Below, piece after piece: positions 22,657-37,045 of a DNA stretch of 37,487 bases. The first letter of the stretch is position 1, and every line of letters begins with the position of its first letter. The notes beneath the pieces are model-generated. The model worked only from the letters and a program-made list of their open reading frames with translations, ran no database searches and was not told where the DNA came from. Made by a program: the position numbers and the translations under genes. The stretch spans positions 1 through 37,487 of the forward strand of contig JYFJ02003796.1 in the NCBI GenBank assembly GCA_000934665.2. The letters run 5' to 3'. This DNA is from Catajapyx aquilonaris. Its lineage: Eukaryota.

Positions 22657-22875
22657 CACTGTTTAAACCTCCCCTTTCACTGCCCACTTCCCCCAAACTT
22701 TTGCCCGTTGGTAACTGGCTCGGGAGTCGGATAAAAATCCGTTCCTTGGCTGCCTACTAGTAGCTGTTGACGTTGAGGACGCACGAGATGTCCGGCGGTT
22801 GAGGTAGCCCAGATGGTTGCAAGAGTGGCGGCGGGCATTACGAATAGTGTTGCTGCCCCACCCAGTGCTGGAAGG

Positions 22876-23124
22876 ATGATGGAAAGGGTGTGGTGGAGGA
22901 CCATAGTGTTGGTGGTGGTGGTGTGTGGACTCCAGACTCGGGCTACGACGGACCTGGGCGGGACGATACGAGACAAAGTGGTGTTGGGACTGGACCGGAG
23001 TCCCTATGTGGTTAGGGAAGACCTGGTGGTGGAGGAGAAGGGCACGCTGCTTATCCAGAGTGGGGTTGAGATGAGGTTCTTGCCCACTGTGGGCATCACG
23101 GTCAGGGGGACTATGCTGGCTCAG
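22876..23124 (+). CDS. bark: bark exon 1 (signal peptide + N-terminal beta-rich segment)
   Basis: MMERVWWRTIVLVVVVCGLQTRA...SPYVVREDLVV...GITVRGTMLAQ|gtagg, phase 0. Confidence 0.88.
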
Positions 23125-26100
23125 GTAGGTGCCACATGTATTTTGTGTGACAGGTTCAAGTGCCACAACGGTCACTCGGGTGCATGTTGCTAGATGTGGG
23201 GATCGTAATAGGATACCTTGTTATGTTGCCTGCGATAAGAGTGTGAAAATGATTGCCATGATTCATGTGTCAGAAAAGTGTCGCATTGGCAGTTTTATTG
23301 CCGAGCTTTAACTGCTGCTTGGAAAGCAAAGGCTTAGAGGTGAATGAGCCACGCCTTGACTGGCATACGATTTTGTTGAGTAATATAACACGAGCAATGA
23401 ACATCAACAATGTGCTGTGCAGCTGCACTGACACATTACAATAGCTAAATTATGCAACGATCATGAATCAAGCAAAATTACGACAGCAAGTGCAGCTGTG
23501 CAGCAACAAAAAAAAAGTTGAGGTATAATGGACCAGTCATTTTCACTGCATAATCAACAATGAAAGTGAGCACGGCTACCTTCAAGCATTATTATTATTA
23601 TTATACCGGTATTGTACGCCTGACCGAATCGATTTGCTAGAGTGATTGTACTGTAAAAATGATCGTTATCGAATCCATTGACCTAAAGCGTTATGTCAGT
23701 TCCGGCCCACACCTAAGGTGACTCACCCTTTTTTTTCCCTAGTAAAAACTGTATGAGTAAACCGCAATCTCTATCTTACCACATACTTTTGAATTAGTCA
23801 GCTGATTACAACCGGAAGACTCGAACCAATTGGAAGACATGCGATTGTTTTTTTCTTTCTTTCTTTTCCTTTCCCCGATGCTATGAGGTGAAGGAATTCT
23901 GGCGACAGGTGGACTTGAAATGGACGTTACAGGCTAGGGAAGAACTCGTTTGCATTATGTGGCCTCAGGCTAAAAACTGAAAGGAAAGGGGTTAGGTGCG
24001 TCATCTTCAACCAACGGAAAAGTCGTTACGGAGAATGAAGCGTGAGCACACCCTACCCATTAGCATTGCTTTTAATGAACACTTACAGGTTTGGTGCACC
24101 AGTAGCTACCGAGCAGGTAAAAAAGGACAATCCCATTTATTTTTGGCCGAAAATCGTGAGACAAAATGGCCGGCAAATATATTCACAGAACGTAAGAGTG
24201 TAGTCAAAGGAGCATGACGTTAGCTCAATAACAATGGGCACTATTGATAAAACCTGAATGACCATTTTGCAAATTATGAAAGCACATGAAATCAACAGAC
24301 GTAAATTTTGGCACAGATAATTTTCGCGGGTTCGCTTTTTTTTGTTATTTCCACTGGGATGGGGAACCCAACTTTCGCGATGTAGAAAGCAACCACTATT
24401 TTTGCCTGTCACTTTTTGACCAGCGCCGCCTTTTGTTAAGCAATTTGCTGTGTAACCGCAGCCACATGCCCATGACTTTTATTCCACTTATTTTTTGACT
24501 CGAAAGGCGACAATCGGCAGACACACCAGAAATTGAAGGTTCGTGTCATAGACCTGACCCTAGAGGTGACCACAAATAATATCGATGCCAATGTACACTG
24601 CACGTGAGCGGCAAAATGGCAGCACGACCCCAAGTAGAGCAGGAAAATTCGCACGTCACTGGAAACCAGCACAAACTTTGCAATACAATAGGACGGGAAG
24701 CTGGGAAAAACATTTCCCACCGAAAATATTTGCCACTGGATGTTTTACCCCCCTCCTACTAGGGGTTGGTACAATCGGACCATTGTTGTCTCTTCCTGCA
24801 TTTTAGTTGTCGTTTACAGGCAAATTCCGATGAGCATTTATGTCGCTATTTTGTAGGGGGTCCGTTTTTTTTGCATGAGAAATTAGGAGGCGACAGGAAA
24901 TAAGGAGTGGGGGCAGATAGAGAGATATGTCATTATACGAGCACTGGGAATGGGGGACAGAATAACAGTGATTTTTATGCAAGTGCTGGCTGGTTGAAGG
25001 TTTTGTTGTGGTTGGAAACACCTGCCCCCGGGTCGTGAGACCGAATATTCCTTGCCAACAATCGATCTGACACACTTTTTCGAAGACATTGGCAGCGATA
25101 GTGGTGGCTATTAATATCGGCGACCTTATTTTCGCTAATCGAAATGAATTCTGAGCTGTCCATGACAAAGCATGGAAGATGTCCAGTAGCTATTTATTTC
25201 TGCTATATTAATATGATTCCCATGATGATTCCAATGAGCCAATCCTGGTGCATTGTGCAAGTTTGTTCATATCACGTGACCAGTCGATGTTCTTTTGGTA
25301 TGCCGATAAAAATTCCTGAAATGATTAATAGTCGTAGTTATACATCACCTACAACAACGAAAACAGTAACACTCATTGCCTTATCACATAATTTTTGCCG
25401 TACTCACTAAGTATGTAGTGGAATATAAATAGCTGAAGATATGAAGGTATGCGCTTTGTGCTATCCTTGGCAATATAACTTATCAGGCTATTGTCGTTAT
25501 GAGTCATGGCTTGGTTACGGATGATTTTGGCATTGTAATGTGATTATCCACCGCAACAGTTCCGCAACTACATGATTACAAAAGTGGTGGTACTGGTGAC
25601 GTAATGATATGCAACTTTGCCTGGTAAATCGAGCATTACTCCACATAGCCAAGAACCATCAGGTAGATACCATAGAGAATCAAGAATGCCACCTTTTTTC
25701 AGCTAGGCGGGAATGGCTTCAACCTTGAGGAGACATAAGAAGCGTCGCTGATAATAGAACACAAAAGTGCACGATAGACTTGTTTACTTGGGTTATCATC
25801 CAGTGCTTATCGAAGTTGGGCCTTTTGTTCCACAACCATAAAATCCAGACTTGTAATGCACGTTCCAAATCGGCAACACGGAAAAAAATATATACAGTTT
25901 GACGCCTTAAATAGGTCGTTTGCTTTTCCGGAACTAACTGTAACGCAGATATCCCATAATAAACGATTTTTCTTTGGGGTCACGAGCCCCATTTCAGAGG
26001 TGATAAAAAGGAAAATAAGCGAAGTGTGACTGTCTCCGGCGCTTCATCTTTGATTTAGGTGGGATAAAAGGAACAATGCTGAACACCTATGGGAAGGGTT

Positions 26101-29100
26101 TTGTCACGGTTTTAGGGGTTTCACTTTTCGCCCATTTCTTCCGTATGTTTTTGGGAGTGGAGACTTTATGCCCCATGCCTGCCAGGCGATATTGCCATCG
26201 CCATAAGTAGGGCCTGACCTCCCTCACATGCCCAAACCATTATGTTCATGCGCGTGTAGCACCACAGATAGCGTTGTGAAGAGTGAGTTACCACCAACAT
26301 ATGACACCAGGTATATCACCTTGATAGGAGGTAGGCATGTGCAAGCCAGTCATTTTTTTTTTGTTATGAGACATATATTGACGCAGAGGTTGATAACCCT
26401 TTTTGGCCGTACCCACAGTCGTCTAAATAAGTTAGAGCCGTTCCCACTGCTCCACCCATTCGATGTCACTCCTGCTCTCATACCCGAAACCCCGTGGTTA
26501 TTAAGATTGCTAGCAAGCCCAAGCAATAGGGAAGGTCTCAAGTACGGGGTGAGTCACCACAGCCCTCCAATGATCGACTCTATAGGCACCAAAAAATTAC
26601 GGTTTTGTATAATAAATCCCTGTCCATAATAAAGCCCAGTCATCGCAGCTGCAGTGTTTCTATGACATGACAATTAAATTGATTACAATGATTATCCGGC
26701 GTGGTAATTGATGTGAAGTGTCAATCAAACCCATGCATTTTATATCGTACTTATGGCATTTATTTGATGTCGTATTTATTTGGCGCATGAATTTATTTCC
26801 AGGGCGAAGAAGGAGCGCAGATTTTGATGAATAGCTATGTGGAACCATCCAGAGTTGAACCATGGCCATCCATCCGTCTGGTTGACGGGCCATCACCATT
26901 GGAGGGCCGCGTGCAGATACTGTACAGAGGAAAATGGCGGTCGATTTGCACCAATTCCAGAAAGTGAGTGTTGTTTCTTCCACCAGCAAGCTCTTGTCCC
27001 CCCAAGGGCTCATGCATGGCATATGGCAATCAAACGCTTGATACCGAAAGTGAGATAGGCGGCAGCGTTGCCTGGCTGCTCTGTAGTTTGTCCGTAATAT
27101 GTGGAGCAGTCATATTGATCTTAGACGGGTCATTCCACCTGTTAAGACTTCGATCTGTTCCTAAAGCTTCCGGTATATACAATGGTGTGTATGAAATAAG
27201 CGCGTTTCCAAGAATAGGCGTGATGTTAGTCACGCATTGGCAAGGAGTGGTCCCATTTTGGAAAATCGTGGGGAGAATGATCTGAGGTCGTAGTACTTGT
27301 AGTGTAGTAGGCTACAATCTATAAAATCAATGAAATATATTTATGAAATAAATCTGTGCTACTCCAGCAAAATCTACGCCATGTGTGTTTATTATAATAC
27401 AAGTATGACCAGAAATTGGCACAGACACAATAGACTGCTGTGTACAGTATTGGTTATTTTGGGCAAAAGAAGTTGAACAAACCACTGTTGAATGTCTATA
27501 ACTGTGATTTGGCCGGAATAACTCGGAATTTTGACAGGCTGAGAAGATGGTTTGAAGATGATGTTGCTTTTTTTTCTTTTTCATTTTCTTCTGATTGTTG
27601 CACTTGGTGGTTGAATCAGAGCACGTCCTGAGACACGCTCCATAAGATTTGCGCTGGCAAAGAGACACTTCCTTTGTTCACCCATCCTCACGTACACTCC
27701 ATTAGTGGTCCGAGTCCCCAGCACTCCTTTCGGGTCGCGGTTTTTTGAACATAAGACACACGACTACAGTGCTGCGCGCAATTTTCGAAATAGGTGTGGT
27801 TTTTTTGAGACCATCTATATCCGCCCTTGCGATCCGGTTTATGGTTCTTAGGTGTGCATTATAAAAGGTTTCCGTGTTGTAAACATAGCAATTCCGCATT
27901 AAAAAGTAGCAAAAAATGACAATTCACAGTTATGTTGCTGAATAGATTAGAGACAGTCGTAAGCCGCATTTTTGTGCTGCCTGGTAGTCATAAAGTTGAG
28001 AATACCTTACCGTCGTTGCGCTGATTTAACACAGACTATTCGTGAGGATTTTAAATTTTACAGGACGAAAAAAATGCCGATTGCCTGTAAATGTCGTTCT
28101 GTCTGATTGATCAGTCCAGTTGTATAATTCGCATGTGCATCGCATGTCCAATCACATTATTACGGTGTAATAAAGTAGGATAATAAGCGCGTAGAAGTTA
28201 GTATTAGCTGAAGGTAGGTAATCCGAAGGTTCGGAACCTTGGCCTCAGATCTGCCCGTGAAGACCCTTTTTTATGCCTTCCACCTGGATTTCATGCAGAG
28301 AAGGCTCACGAAGGGTCTTTGACTTCGAAGAATCTTCCAGATTGACCTTCGAGCATATGAGAGTTTTGAGCATCAGACAATGCACATGTGACGACCTAGA
28401 CCTCATGGAGGTGCCAATGTTAACCACCATTGCTTGACCCTGTAGCTGGACCAGTGCAGATCTCCATACCGCTTGCCGACAACTGGGGTTCACCGGAGGC
28501 GAGTTCTCCCAATGGTACGACCACTACAACCTGACCCATCAGATGCTGTACGAGAAGCCCAATTGCACCGGCAACGAGGTGTCCCTGCAACAATGCGACT
28601 GGAACAGCCGAGAGATGGGTAGCGGAGTTTGTGGTAAGTCCTGGTTGTCTTGGCGGTTGAGGGAATGTAAAATTGAGCGTGTCTCCCCGAGTGTCGCGAG
28701 AGGAAGGAGATGGGCTGGATCCATTACTTGAGCTGCGAGGTTCATTAGTAGAGCGTGTAAGGAACGAGGGGGCGGAGGTGGGGAGGAAGAGATTTTGACC
28801 TTTGAACCATGGGTGTGCTCTGGTTGAAGGGGCATGCTGAGCAATGATTGACGCATTGATGGGCCCAGGTGGAAATAGAATTAATTAGCGACATCCTGGG
28901 ACCATATGGGAGATTACCACCAATTCGGGGCTGGAGTGGGTGGCATTCATATAAGGTGGTGGGTGGGACATGCATATTGGTTCTTCATTGTACTATCTTC
29001 TTTAGATTGATAGTCGTTAATAGGAGGGTTACAGCACCTCATCCGATTCATATTCGTACGAAGGCATCTCGCCCGATGTACTTTCCGTTCGACGTGACAA

Positions 29101-32100
29101 TTCGGCGGAACATATAATTGGTTACATATCAGATAAGAGAATTACATCGGGTGAATATTATCCGACGGAATGAATTGTTTGGGCTCTGAGGTGGTATTTT
29201 GAGAATGGGAAAATTGCGAGAAACTCACGCGAAAACCATTCACTACGTGGCCCGAGGCATGGCCTTAGTTGCCTCGACATCTCTAATAAACTAAACTACC
29301 TATTTGATAAAAGCGATTGACCTTCAGCGTGTTTTCAAACCGAAAAGCAGGCAAAAAATCGGATGGATTCAGAAGCAGTACAAGTACCGTACAGTTGACC
29401 ACTTGTACTAATGCAAAATTTAAATAAGATATAACACCCATAATTCATTATGACAACCTCTAGTTCTAGGCGCAACAATGCGTGTCTTATCTCTCGATGT
29501 CGTGCTTCTCTTTTGTTTCGAGTGGGGCTGGAGGAAGAAGTAACGTGACTCGTCTATCTCATACCAGAGCCCTTCAATTTTTTGGGGAGGAAGAAGGCAG
29601 CAGACCTCTCAGGTGTGGTGAGCAAGTTAGTAATCTTGAGCGAAGAGGGTCAGAGTCCCTCGGGTTGAACACTTTTTTTGTCGCTGGATTCATGGGCCTA
29701 TGCTCAGATGCGCTTGGAGTCGCTCCGGCTGCTCTTTACGGTGCGCGACCATTTAGAAGCGCTCGAAAGAAATATGGCAAACAGGCAGGAAGCAGGAAAT
29801 CGTTGCATTCGACTCTTTTGCGGGTCTTGCCAGGCTTGTGATGCCCGTTTGGGGCCAAGGCCTTCGCGATGAGAGGCTAGACCCCCCCTCCCGAGAAACT
29901 CACCTTGAGAACTGAGGCAAAAAAATGTGGGGTTGGGGGTTGGGGGTAGAGAAAGGAAAAAAAAACTGGATGTCATTGAAAGATAGTCACGTGTAGCATG
30001 AATTTTGCCCGCTAATGTTTGAAGTAAAGCACTAAACTCATTAAGGACCTAATTTGGGTTTCTTATTACAGTTGCAGAAGCAGGCACGTATACGTGCGAG
30101 TTATTTTGAACAGTTGGAGGAAGTGTCTCACGCTGTTATGTGTGTTGCACTGGATTGATTATCGTTGCTCTGCTGCAGTGGGTTTGGTGTGAAAATCGTG
30201 GCCTAGCCTGTAGCGTGGTATTGAGTACATATAATTAGGGTGCAGGGATGTTGTGATGGTCAAGTAGTGTCATGGGTCTGAGTTTGTTTTTGCTACTTAG
30301 AAGGAGGAGAACGAGTTCATATAACTTCACATTTTAAACATTACTGGCCTAATGATGAGCAGAGGTCACGTGAGAGTTAAAGACAAATAGTTACCATAGT
30401 TCTTTCAGCTTCTGTTTTATATAAGTCACTTATGCAGTATGTGGACAATATCTATGAAGACAAGAAAAATTCAAATTGATCTTCCAAGGCGTCCAAAATG
30501 AGAATTTGCTTCCTTTTTTTTCTGCCCACACTCCTCTTCACATTCCTCATGTGCCAACAGTTGTACAGTACATCAGCAATCCTTTTTTTTCATAAGATGA
30601 CATATGTCAGTTTAATAGAGCAGCAATAAAAATAATTGCAGATACCTTATAATTTAATAAATATAACTAATTAATTTTGAAGTAAACATTGCTAAACATT
30701 GCCCTTCCATCTAGATCTAGAAGCGTGTCCATTAATATGGGTACAAGATGGTGCGTGTATATTAGGCATCTCTCTATGGTTCATGATTTTTTCAAGGGGG
30801 AAAATAGATGAAATTACGCATCAGATAGATTTCTTCCTTGAGAGGATATGGGTGTGCTTACAAGTTAGTGGGGGAGGCTGAAGTGGGCAGTCATAATGGT
30901 TATTATTCATCTTCCTGCTTCCCATCAAGGTAGAAATTGGCAGATCCAAAGTGATGCAGTGCAATATTATCTATAGTCGCTACTTTTGCATCAAGCAGTA
31001 TGGTATGCCAAAGTGTTTGTGTTTCACTGCTACTTTCAGTCAGCACTTAATTAGAATAATAATAATAATAGTCCAACCTGTGATAGGCCAACTGGGGACC
31101 TTTTAGTTTAGGGGATCTTTTCTACACCCAACTATTCATTGATTGTGTTGTGATGGATTTTGATTGTGAGAGGAGAAGTGGGAGAACCCCATGAAAACTC
31201 ATGCAAGCACAGAGAGAACTCATAGGCACTCTTTTCACACAGTGTCCAACCTGGGGATCGAACTCAGGATCTCAGAGGTGGAAGGGTGTGGGTGTGGCAC
31301 TAACCACTACACCACCATGCTGCCCCATACATTTTATGATAACTGCTCTTCAGAAGGTTTTTGTAATGTGTGGAAGAAGTATACTGAAAACTGTGGGATG
31401 GCTGGAACATTTCTGATTATCTTTTTTTGACAGTTCGCTAAAATAGACCTTGAGTTACTGTCTTTTGGAAAAGAGCATACAAGTAAAGATGGTAAACTAA
31501 TGGGTTGCTAACACTGTTAATGTTGTACTTAAACTGTACTTCAAATGTGCTTATCATATAATATTGATATATTGCAGATTTCCATCCCAACCTGGGTCTT
31601 CGTTGTGACCCATACCATGCTCCCAACCTTGCCTCACAACACTGGCGAGGACTTCGCTTCGAGAATGCCCCATGGCAGTATCAGAACATTATGTATGACA
31701 CCATGAAAGTGCCTGTGTCTTACTCATTGCTACGTTTTGTTGAGATACGTAATGCTGGAGCTGGGAAACAGTTTAATGTCACCTCTGCCATTGAAAGCCT
31801 AGGAGTACCTCCGAAGATGGAGTTCCTTAGGATTGAAAACTCAGCCTACTGTGGAGTGAATATAACAGAAGCAAAAGAAGGAGCTTCAATTTTTAATTCA
31901 AGCATTGTTGGAAATAGAGGTTATGGTGTGTATGTCAACAGTTCCTTGGGCATGGCAATGGTTGAAGGTTGCAATGTGTCAAAAAATGGAGCGGATGGTG
32001 TCAAATTTGTGTTTCATGACCGTATATTGGAGAGAAGAGGAGAAGGAAGTGCTTATCAAGATTACTGCTCATCGCCATCAACAGCTTGGCTTACGTATCC

Positions 32101-35100
32101 AGGGCTATACGTGACTTATGGTGATACACCGTGTGGAAAGGTAAATTGTCACTTTTGAATTTCCATTTCTTTCACTACGGTACCTGTCAGCACATCCTTT
32201 TAAAATTGCAACTGCACTTGGAATCTGCTTACTGCAATTTTGTCACATTTATGAGTGATATTGCTAAATATTTTGAGACGCTGACTGTGCAGATGTTGGA
32301 AGGATTACTTTTAGACCATTATTTCTCTCTCCAGTTTTGATTGCACCCAAAATATATCTTCAGATTAGGAAGCGCCTTGGTGGATCTGAAATTTCCTGGT
32401 GTATTGTATTAATACTAGGGACATAATTAATGAGTGTTTTATCATATTTTTATAACATTTTGTTGACCACCTAACTTTGGCTCATAGTTTGTATTTGGAC
32501 CAACAGTTGAACACCAGCTACACTTGTCTGCCACCTAATTCACCTGGTGGTAGGTGAAAATATGATGCAACATGATTTTATAATTGTTTGCCTCACTGAT
32601 GAGCAATTCACATTTCACTTGTTGTTGAGAACTTATGGGAGGGCCTATGTGATGTCACACTGATTAACAACTGCTGATTTCCAGGCAAATTCAACTGAAA
32701 CCTAATTGGATTTGCTTGCACAGTATAGAATTTTAAAAACTGGCAGGGATTTATTTATGATTTTTTGACCTCATCTTGCCAAAGGGCCAATGATCCCTTC
32801 CTTTAACAACAACACATTTCAAAAATGAAAGTTTCTTAGACATTGTTAATAAAATAGTACCAAGCAGATTGGCCTGGGAATAATACGTATGTATGGATCT
32901 TGAGTGCATATTTTTGGAACTTAAGCTACTTTTAAATATACTGCACCTTGTCACATTTGTTGTACTCAAAGATAATTACATTAATATTATTCACAAAAAT
33001 TTCCTTTTTGTTTAAAATAACATTACTTTCTTTCACAGGCCTTTTCAACACGTCGTGGTATGATCCTGACAGTTCACTTCATGTATATGGTTACTGGAGA
33101 TGATGGAGGTGGGGGAGCTCAGGTGGTTGTAAGGGATGGGAGTGATAGTTGGGGTCCAGTGTTGGCATCAGTGACCATCAATAATGGGACATGGGCCCAG
33201 AGTGTGGTATCTACTAGCAACTCACTTTTTCTGGAGTATAAGCCTGCTCCAAGAAAGAAGTCGGTTATCTTCATGGCCATTACCAGTGGACCTTGTGAGT
33301 TAACTTTAGTTTGCTGTAGAAGTAGGAGATGGTTAGCAGGTCAAATTGAAGGATGTCTTTTCATTCATTATTTTTATTTCCAGTCAAATACTATGACCTG
33401 AACATAACAGGTTCTGTAGTAGCAGACAACAATGGGCCAGGCATTTCTGCATACAACATTCGTAATGTAGTCCACATTCATCGCTCTGTTCTGACAACAA
33501 ACTCTGCTGGACTCTATGTGGTTGGTGGTGCTGGTGATGTCAATGTGACTCACACACGTGTGGGGTTCAACGATGGTGATGGGATCAATATCACTTATGC
33601 TGGAGGAAGTCGTAACATCTCATGGTCATCACTAACTTCCAACAAAGGGCGTGGGCTATCAGTTTGGTTTAATGAGAGCTCTGACAGGATTCCAGTAATA
33701 CAGGAGACCATTATTGCATACTCTGAAATATCCAGGAATGAAAGAGAAGGAATCCTGATTGGTAATTGTTGCCGTGAGGGAGTTGTCAATGTGAGTGGTA
33801 ATGCTATCACAGAGAGCAACCCAGGCGTTGACATTGGTTCTTGCTGGCGTAAAGGTGGCCCACTAAATACCACTCATGTGCAGATCGGCAACAACAAATT
33901 TTCCAAAAATGATGGTGTTGCTGTAAGGATACAGCCACCTGCCAACATGGATGGAAAAATTGAATACAACCAGTTTACTGACAATACTTTGGGTTGCATC
34001 TTGATTAAAAGCTTGGACTTGGAAGAATTGGAAGATCTTCCAGTTGATTTGGAGATTTCCAATAATCAGATGTGGACCAATCAAGGTGTCTTTGTTGCCA
34101 ACCTTGGCATGTCACAGTATTCTGTAACACAGCGTTTGTTATTCACACTAAACTTTGTGCGGCAAAATCATATTGAAGAACCATTTCCCACCTTGAATCC
34201 ACGAAGCAAAGTTGCTGCTCCTATTGTTGTGTCTTCACCTAATGTGGACATTTTTCGCAACATTATTGCAAATCCTGCCTGCAAGTATGAAATTGGATCA
34301 CACTTGCGTGATCAGAGCCATGAAATAAATGCAACTTATAATTGGTTGGGATCAAAGGATGAACCCACTGTGTATTACCGTGTTTTTGATCGCAAAGACC
34401 GTTATGATCTTGCCAAAGTTGTGTACTATCCATGGCTTCTTAAAGCATCTGATCCACATACGGATTTCATTTCTCAGTATCACAATTATGATGGTGACTT
34501 TATTCAGAATGGAACTGAAATTGGCGGCGAAATTACTGGGACAACGGAACTTAGAAAATCTGGAACCTACATTGTGAAGCGGGATATCAACGTAAGACCT
34601 GGTGGAAAATTATTCATCACCTACGGGGTTATTTTGCGATTTGAACCATCAATTGGAATGATGGTTGCTGGGAAGTTGCATGCAGATGGAGAGGATTTGA
34701 CTGAAAAGTTCCGTGTCACATTCACTCTAACTGATGCTGGACGTGACAATTTAACAGACATACCAGTGCAGTTAGTAGGGGGTCGCAGTGCAAAGGAAGG
34801 CAGATTACAGGTGAGTGAAGGTAGTTCTAGGGATTTATGATAATTTATTATAATGTAGTAAAGATTTGTCTGTATTTATGGACAAATAGCAATGACTGTG
34901 ACTGTGATTTCATGTAAATTTTAAATGATTGTATTACTTTGTAACAAGTATGATACAGTATACCATTGTCAAATGATGAGATTCTGTCACTGCTGATATA
35001 GAGATGGCATAAGAAGACTGTAGCAATCAAGTGTATTATGTAAACTGATTTTCAGTACGTCCAGATCTTGAAGAATGACAATGAAAGTTCTAGCCCAAAT

Positions 35101-37045
35101 TAGGCTCTAATAGTAGTTTTTCATCAAATTCATGCCAGTTCTTATAATTTAACAAGTAACTTACATTCTGCAAATTTGTGGACTGTAATTCAGTTCCTGG
35201 AAATGTTTTGTGCATGGATCAGAACCATAAGAGTTATATCTGCATATTTAACATGTGTATATATTTACCTAATGCAGGTCAGGATACGAAATGAGTGGGG
35301 ATCAGTGTGTGGATATGGGTTTGGCATCGAAGAAGCTGCCCTTGCCTGCCATCAAATGGGTTTTGTGCTGAATCCAGAAGATTGGTTGTTGCAGCGTGCT
35401 GATGTGCCTATAGCAGGAAACACTGAGAAGGTGCTGCTCAGCCACGTGCAGTGCACTGAGTTGGACTTTGATATCACCAAATGTAGAGCTGAAGGGGAAG
35501 ATGACTTTGAAAATTCATGTGGTCATGAAAACGATGTTGGGATTCGCTGCTTTGATCCATCCTGGGCTGGAATTCGTATAGGAATGACAGCGGAGAAGGC
35601 AATAATACAGAATGCACGAATTGAACAAGCTGGACTTTTGGACTACAGCACAAACACATTTAAGCCTGCAATCCAGCTGGACTTGAGCCATCATCACCTG
35701 CAGAACATACAGGTAAGATTCACATGCATAATCAATGCAATCTAATGCAAGCTGTGCATAACCTAATAAATCACTTCATCGGAACCATTTATATCAGTAG
35801 GATGTTTTGCAAGCCATTGGTTGCTATTTTGCTGGTATGTGCTTGCTGTGAGAAGATAATTACTGGCATTTAATTCCCTTGTGTTTTACAAGATGTTTAT
35901 TGTTGACTGTGGGCCCTTATGCATACCATCATCGCCAGGTTCAAGACAACTTCCATGATGGCCTGGGTGTGGTGTACTCAGATGTGTACTCCCCTGATGA
36001 TGTCAACCAAGTATCTCGTAGCACCTTTATCCGCAATGTTGGCAGTGGGGTGAGCCTTCGTCAACTGGGTCTTGTGCTGCAAGACTGCACCATTGAGAAC
36101 AACCGTGGCTCAGGAGTGATGCACAACCCTGTGATCTCAAGGCAGGATCAGAGAGAGATGGCTGGATGGGTGGCTGCCACGAAGGAGAAGAATTGGGTTG
36201 GGAACCTTATCTTCATTCCCAGTCACCAACAGAATATTGAACTGAAGGAGAATGATGTCCGCTTCTTGATCACAGAGAGAACTAATACAACACGAACAAA
36301 GAAGTTCAACATTACAGTAAGTGTGGGGTACAAATAGCTTTGCTATGACTTAGAACTGTGGCAATACCTGAAAAACTTGCCTTCAGCCCCCTCCTCACAG
36401 TTGTGGGACAAGTAATATCTCTCTTCAGCATTGATAAATAAATCGATGATAAGTCCTAATTTTATAAAATATTTCACCTATTGAGTATCTGCATGTAAAA
36501 TTAGGTTGATGTAAAAATGGAATTCAGAGAAAATTAATACAGTGAAATCCGGATAACTTGAATGTGGATAACTCGATTTTCTCGATAAGTCGAATATATC
36601 ATGTGAACTCTGGCGTTGTCATAAAACATGGTTGTAAAAGGCACTGAGATGACAGTTTTAATAAGGGAATCTGTAGTAGTGCAACAAATTCTGCTGAGGC
36701 ACCATTCCTAACTTTATAAAATAATGATTGTTTGTGTACCGCATATACATTGTATAGTATGCTGGGGATTTTTACTTTACATCCTCTGATTTCAGGCAAC
36801 ACCTCAGAACAATGTGATTGGCATCCACTTACTAAACCCAATCCACAATGACAGCAGTGAGAAGATAATAATTTATGATGCACCATTTGACACGCAGTTG
36901 TTTCCTTGGGAACTGGAAGTTTGGGATGTGCGCAGGGATCAAGTTGTATTTCCTACTGCAAGCAGTGCATATGGAATTGCCCTGGAGTACACACCTGGCT
37001 CCAGTCCCAGGGGCCAGGCCATCATCATGCTCACTGCCAGGAGAA
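22876..37045 (+). CDS. bark: Protein bark beetle / anakonda (tricellular septate junction protein; SRCR, beta-helix PbH1 and CUB-like repeats), 5' part, 9 exons, continues beyond the window
   Basis: Exons 22876-23124, 26803-26963, 28446-28633, 31578-32140, 33039-33294, 33384-34810, 35278-35712, 35939-36316 and 36796-37045. All are GT-AG with consistent phases, giving ~1302 codons without a stop. Signal peptide, SRCR motifs (IRLVDGPSPLEGRVQ; VQLVGGRSAKEGRLQ...WGSVC) and NPRSKVAAPIVV/RVFDRKDRYDLAK motifs. Confidence 0.9.
26803..26963 (+). CDS. bark: bark exon 2 (start of SRCR1); not in the ORF track in this frame
   Basis: ttccag|GEEGAQ...IRLVDGPSPLEGRVQILYRGKWRSICTNSR|gtgagt. Confidence 0.9.
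28446..28633 (+). CDS. bark: bark exon 3 (SRCR1)
   Basis: ctgtag|WTSADLHTACRQLGF...PNCTGNEVSLQQCDW...SGVC|gtaagt. Confidence 0.9.
31055..31326 (-). mobile_element. Degenerate tRNA-derived SINE (second family) in bark intron 3
   Basis: The minus strand begins GGGGCAGCATGGTGGTGTAGTGGTTAG (A-box) and has GAGTTCGATCCCC (B-box); (ATT)n tail at ~31055-31070. Confidence 0.7.
31578..32140 (+). CDS. bark: bark exon 4
   Basis: ttgcag|(D)FHPNLGLRCD...WRGLRFENA...GNRGYGVYVNSS...PCGK|gtaaat. Confidence 0.9.
33039..33294 (+). CDS. bark: bark exon 5 (CUB-like)
   Basis: tcacag|AFSTRRGMILTVHF...QSVVSTSNSLFLEY...TSGP|gtgagt. Confidence 0.88.
33384..34810 (+). CDS. bark: bark exon 6 (beta-helix repeats, start of SRCR2)
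   Basis: ttccag| then the 33353-34840 ORF frame, ending EGRLQ|gtgagt. Confidence 0.92.
35278..35712 (+). CDS. bark: bark exon 7 (SRCR2)
   Basis: atgcag|VRIRNEWGSVCG...CGHENDVGIRC...LQNIQ|gtaaga. Confidence 0.92.
35939..36316 (+). CDS. bark: bark exon 8
   Basis: cgccag|VQDNFHDGLGVVYSD...KKFNIT|gtaagt. Confidence 0.9.
36540..36600 (+). mobile_element. Solitary pogo/Tigger-type MITE end in bark intron 8
   Basis: TA|CAGTGAAATCCGGATAACTTGAA...GATAACTCGA...GATAAGTCGAA subterminal repeats; the partner TIR was not found. Confidence 0.5.
36796..37045 (+). CDS. bark: bark exon 9 (CUB-like)
   Basis: tttcag|ATPQNNVIGIHLLNPIHN...FPTASSAYGIALEY...TARR|gtaaga. Confidence 0.88.

Noticed and set aside
29482..29976. 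GC-richer ORFs in bark intron 3 as a nested gene or extra exon
   Set aside because: No recognisable motif, and exons 3 and 4 already join in phase to complete the SRCR domain.
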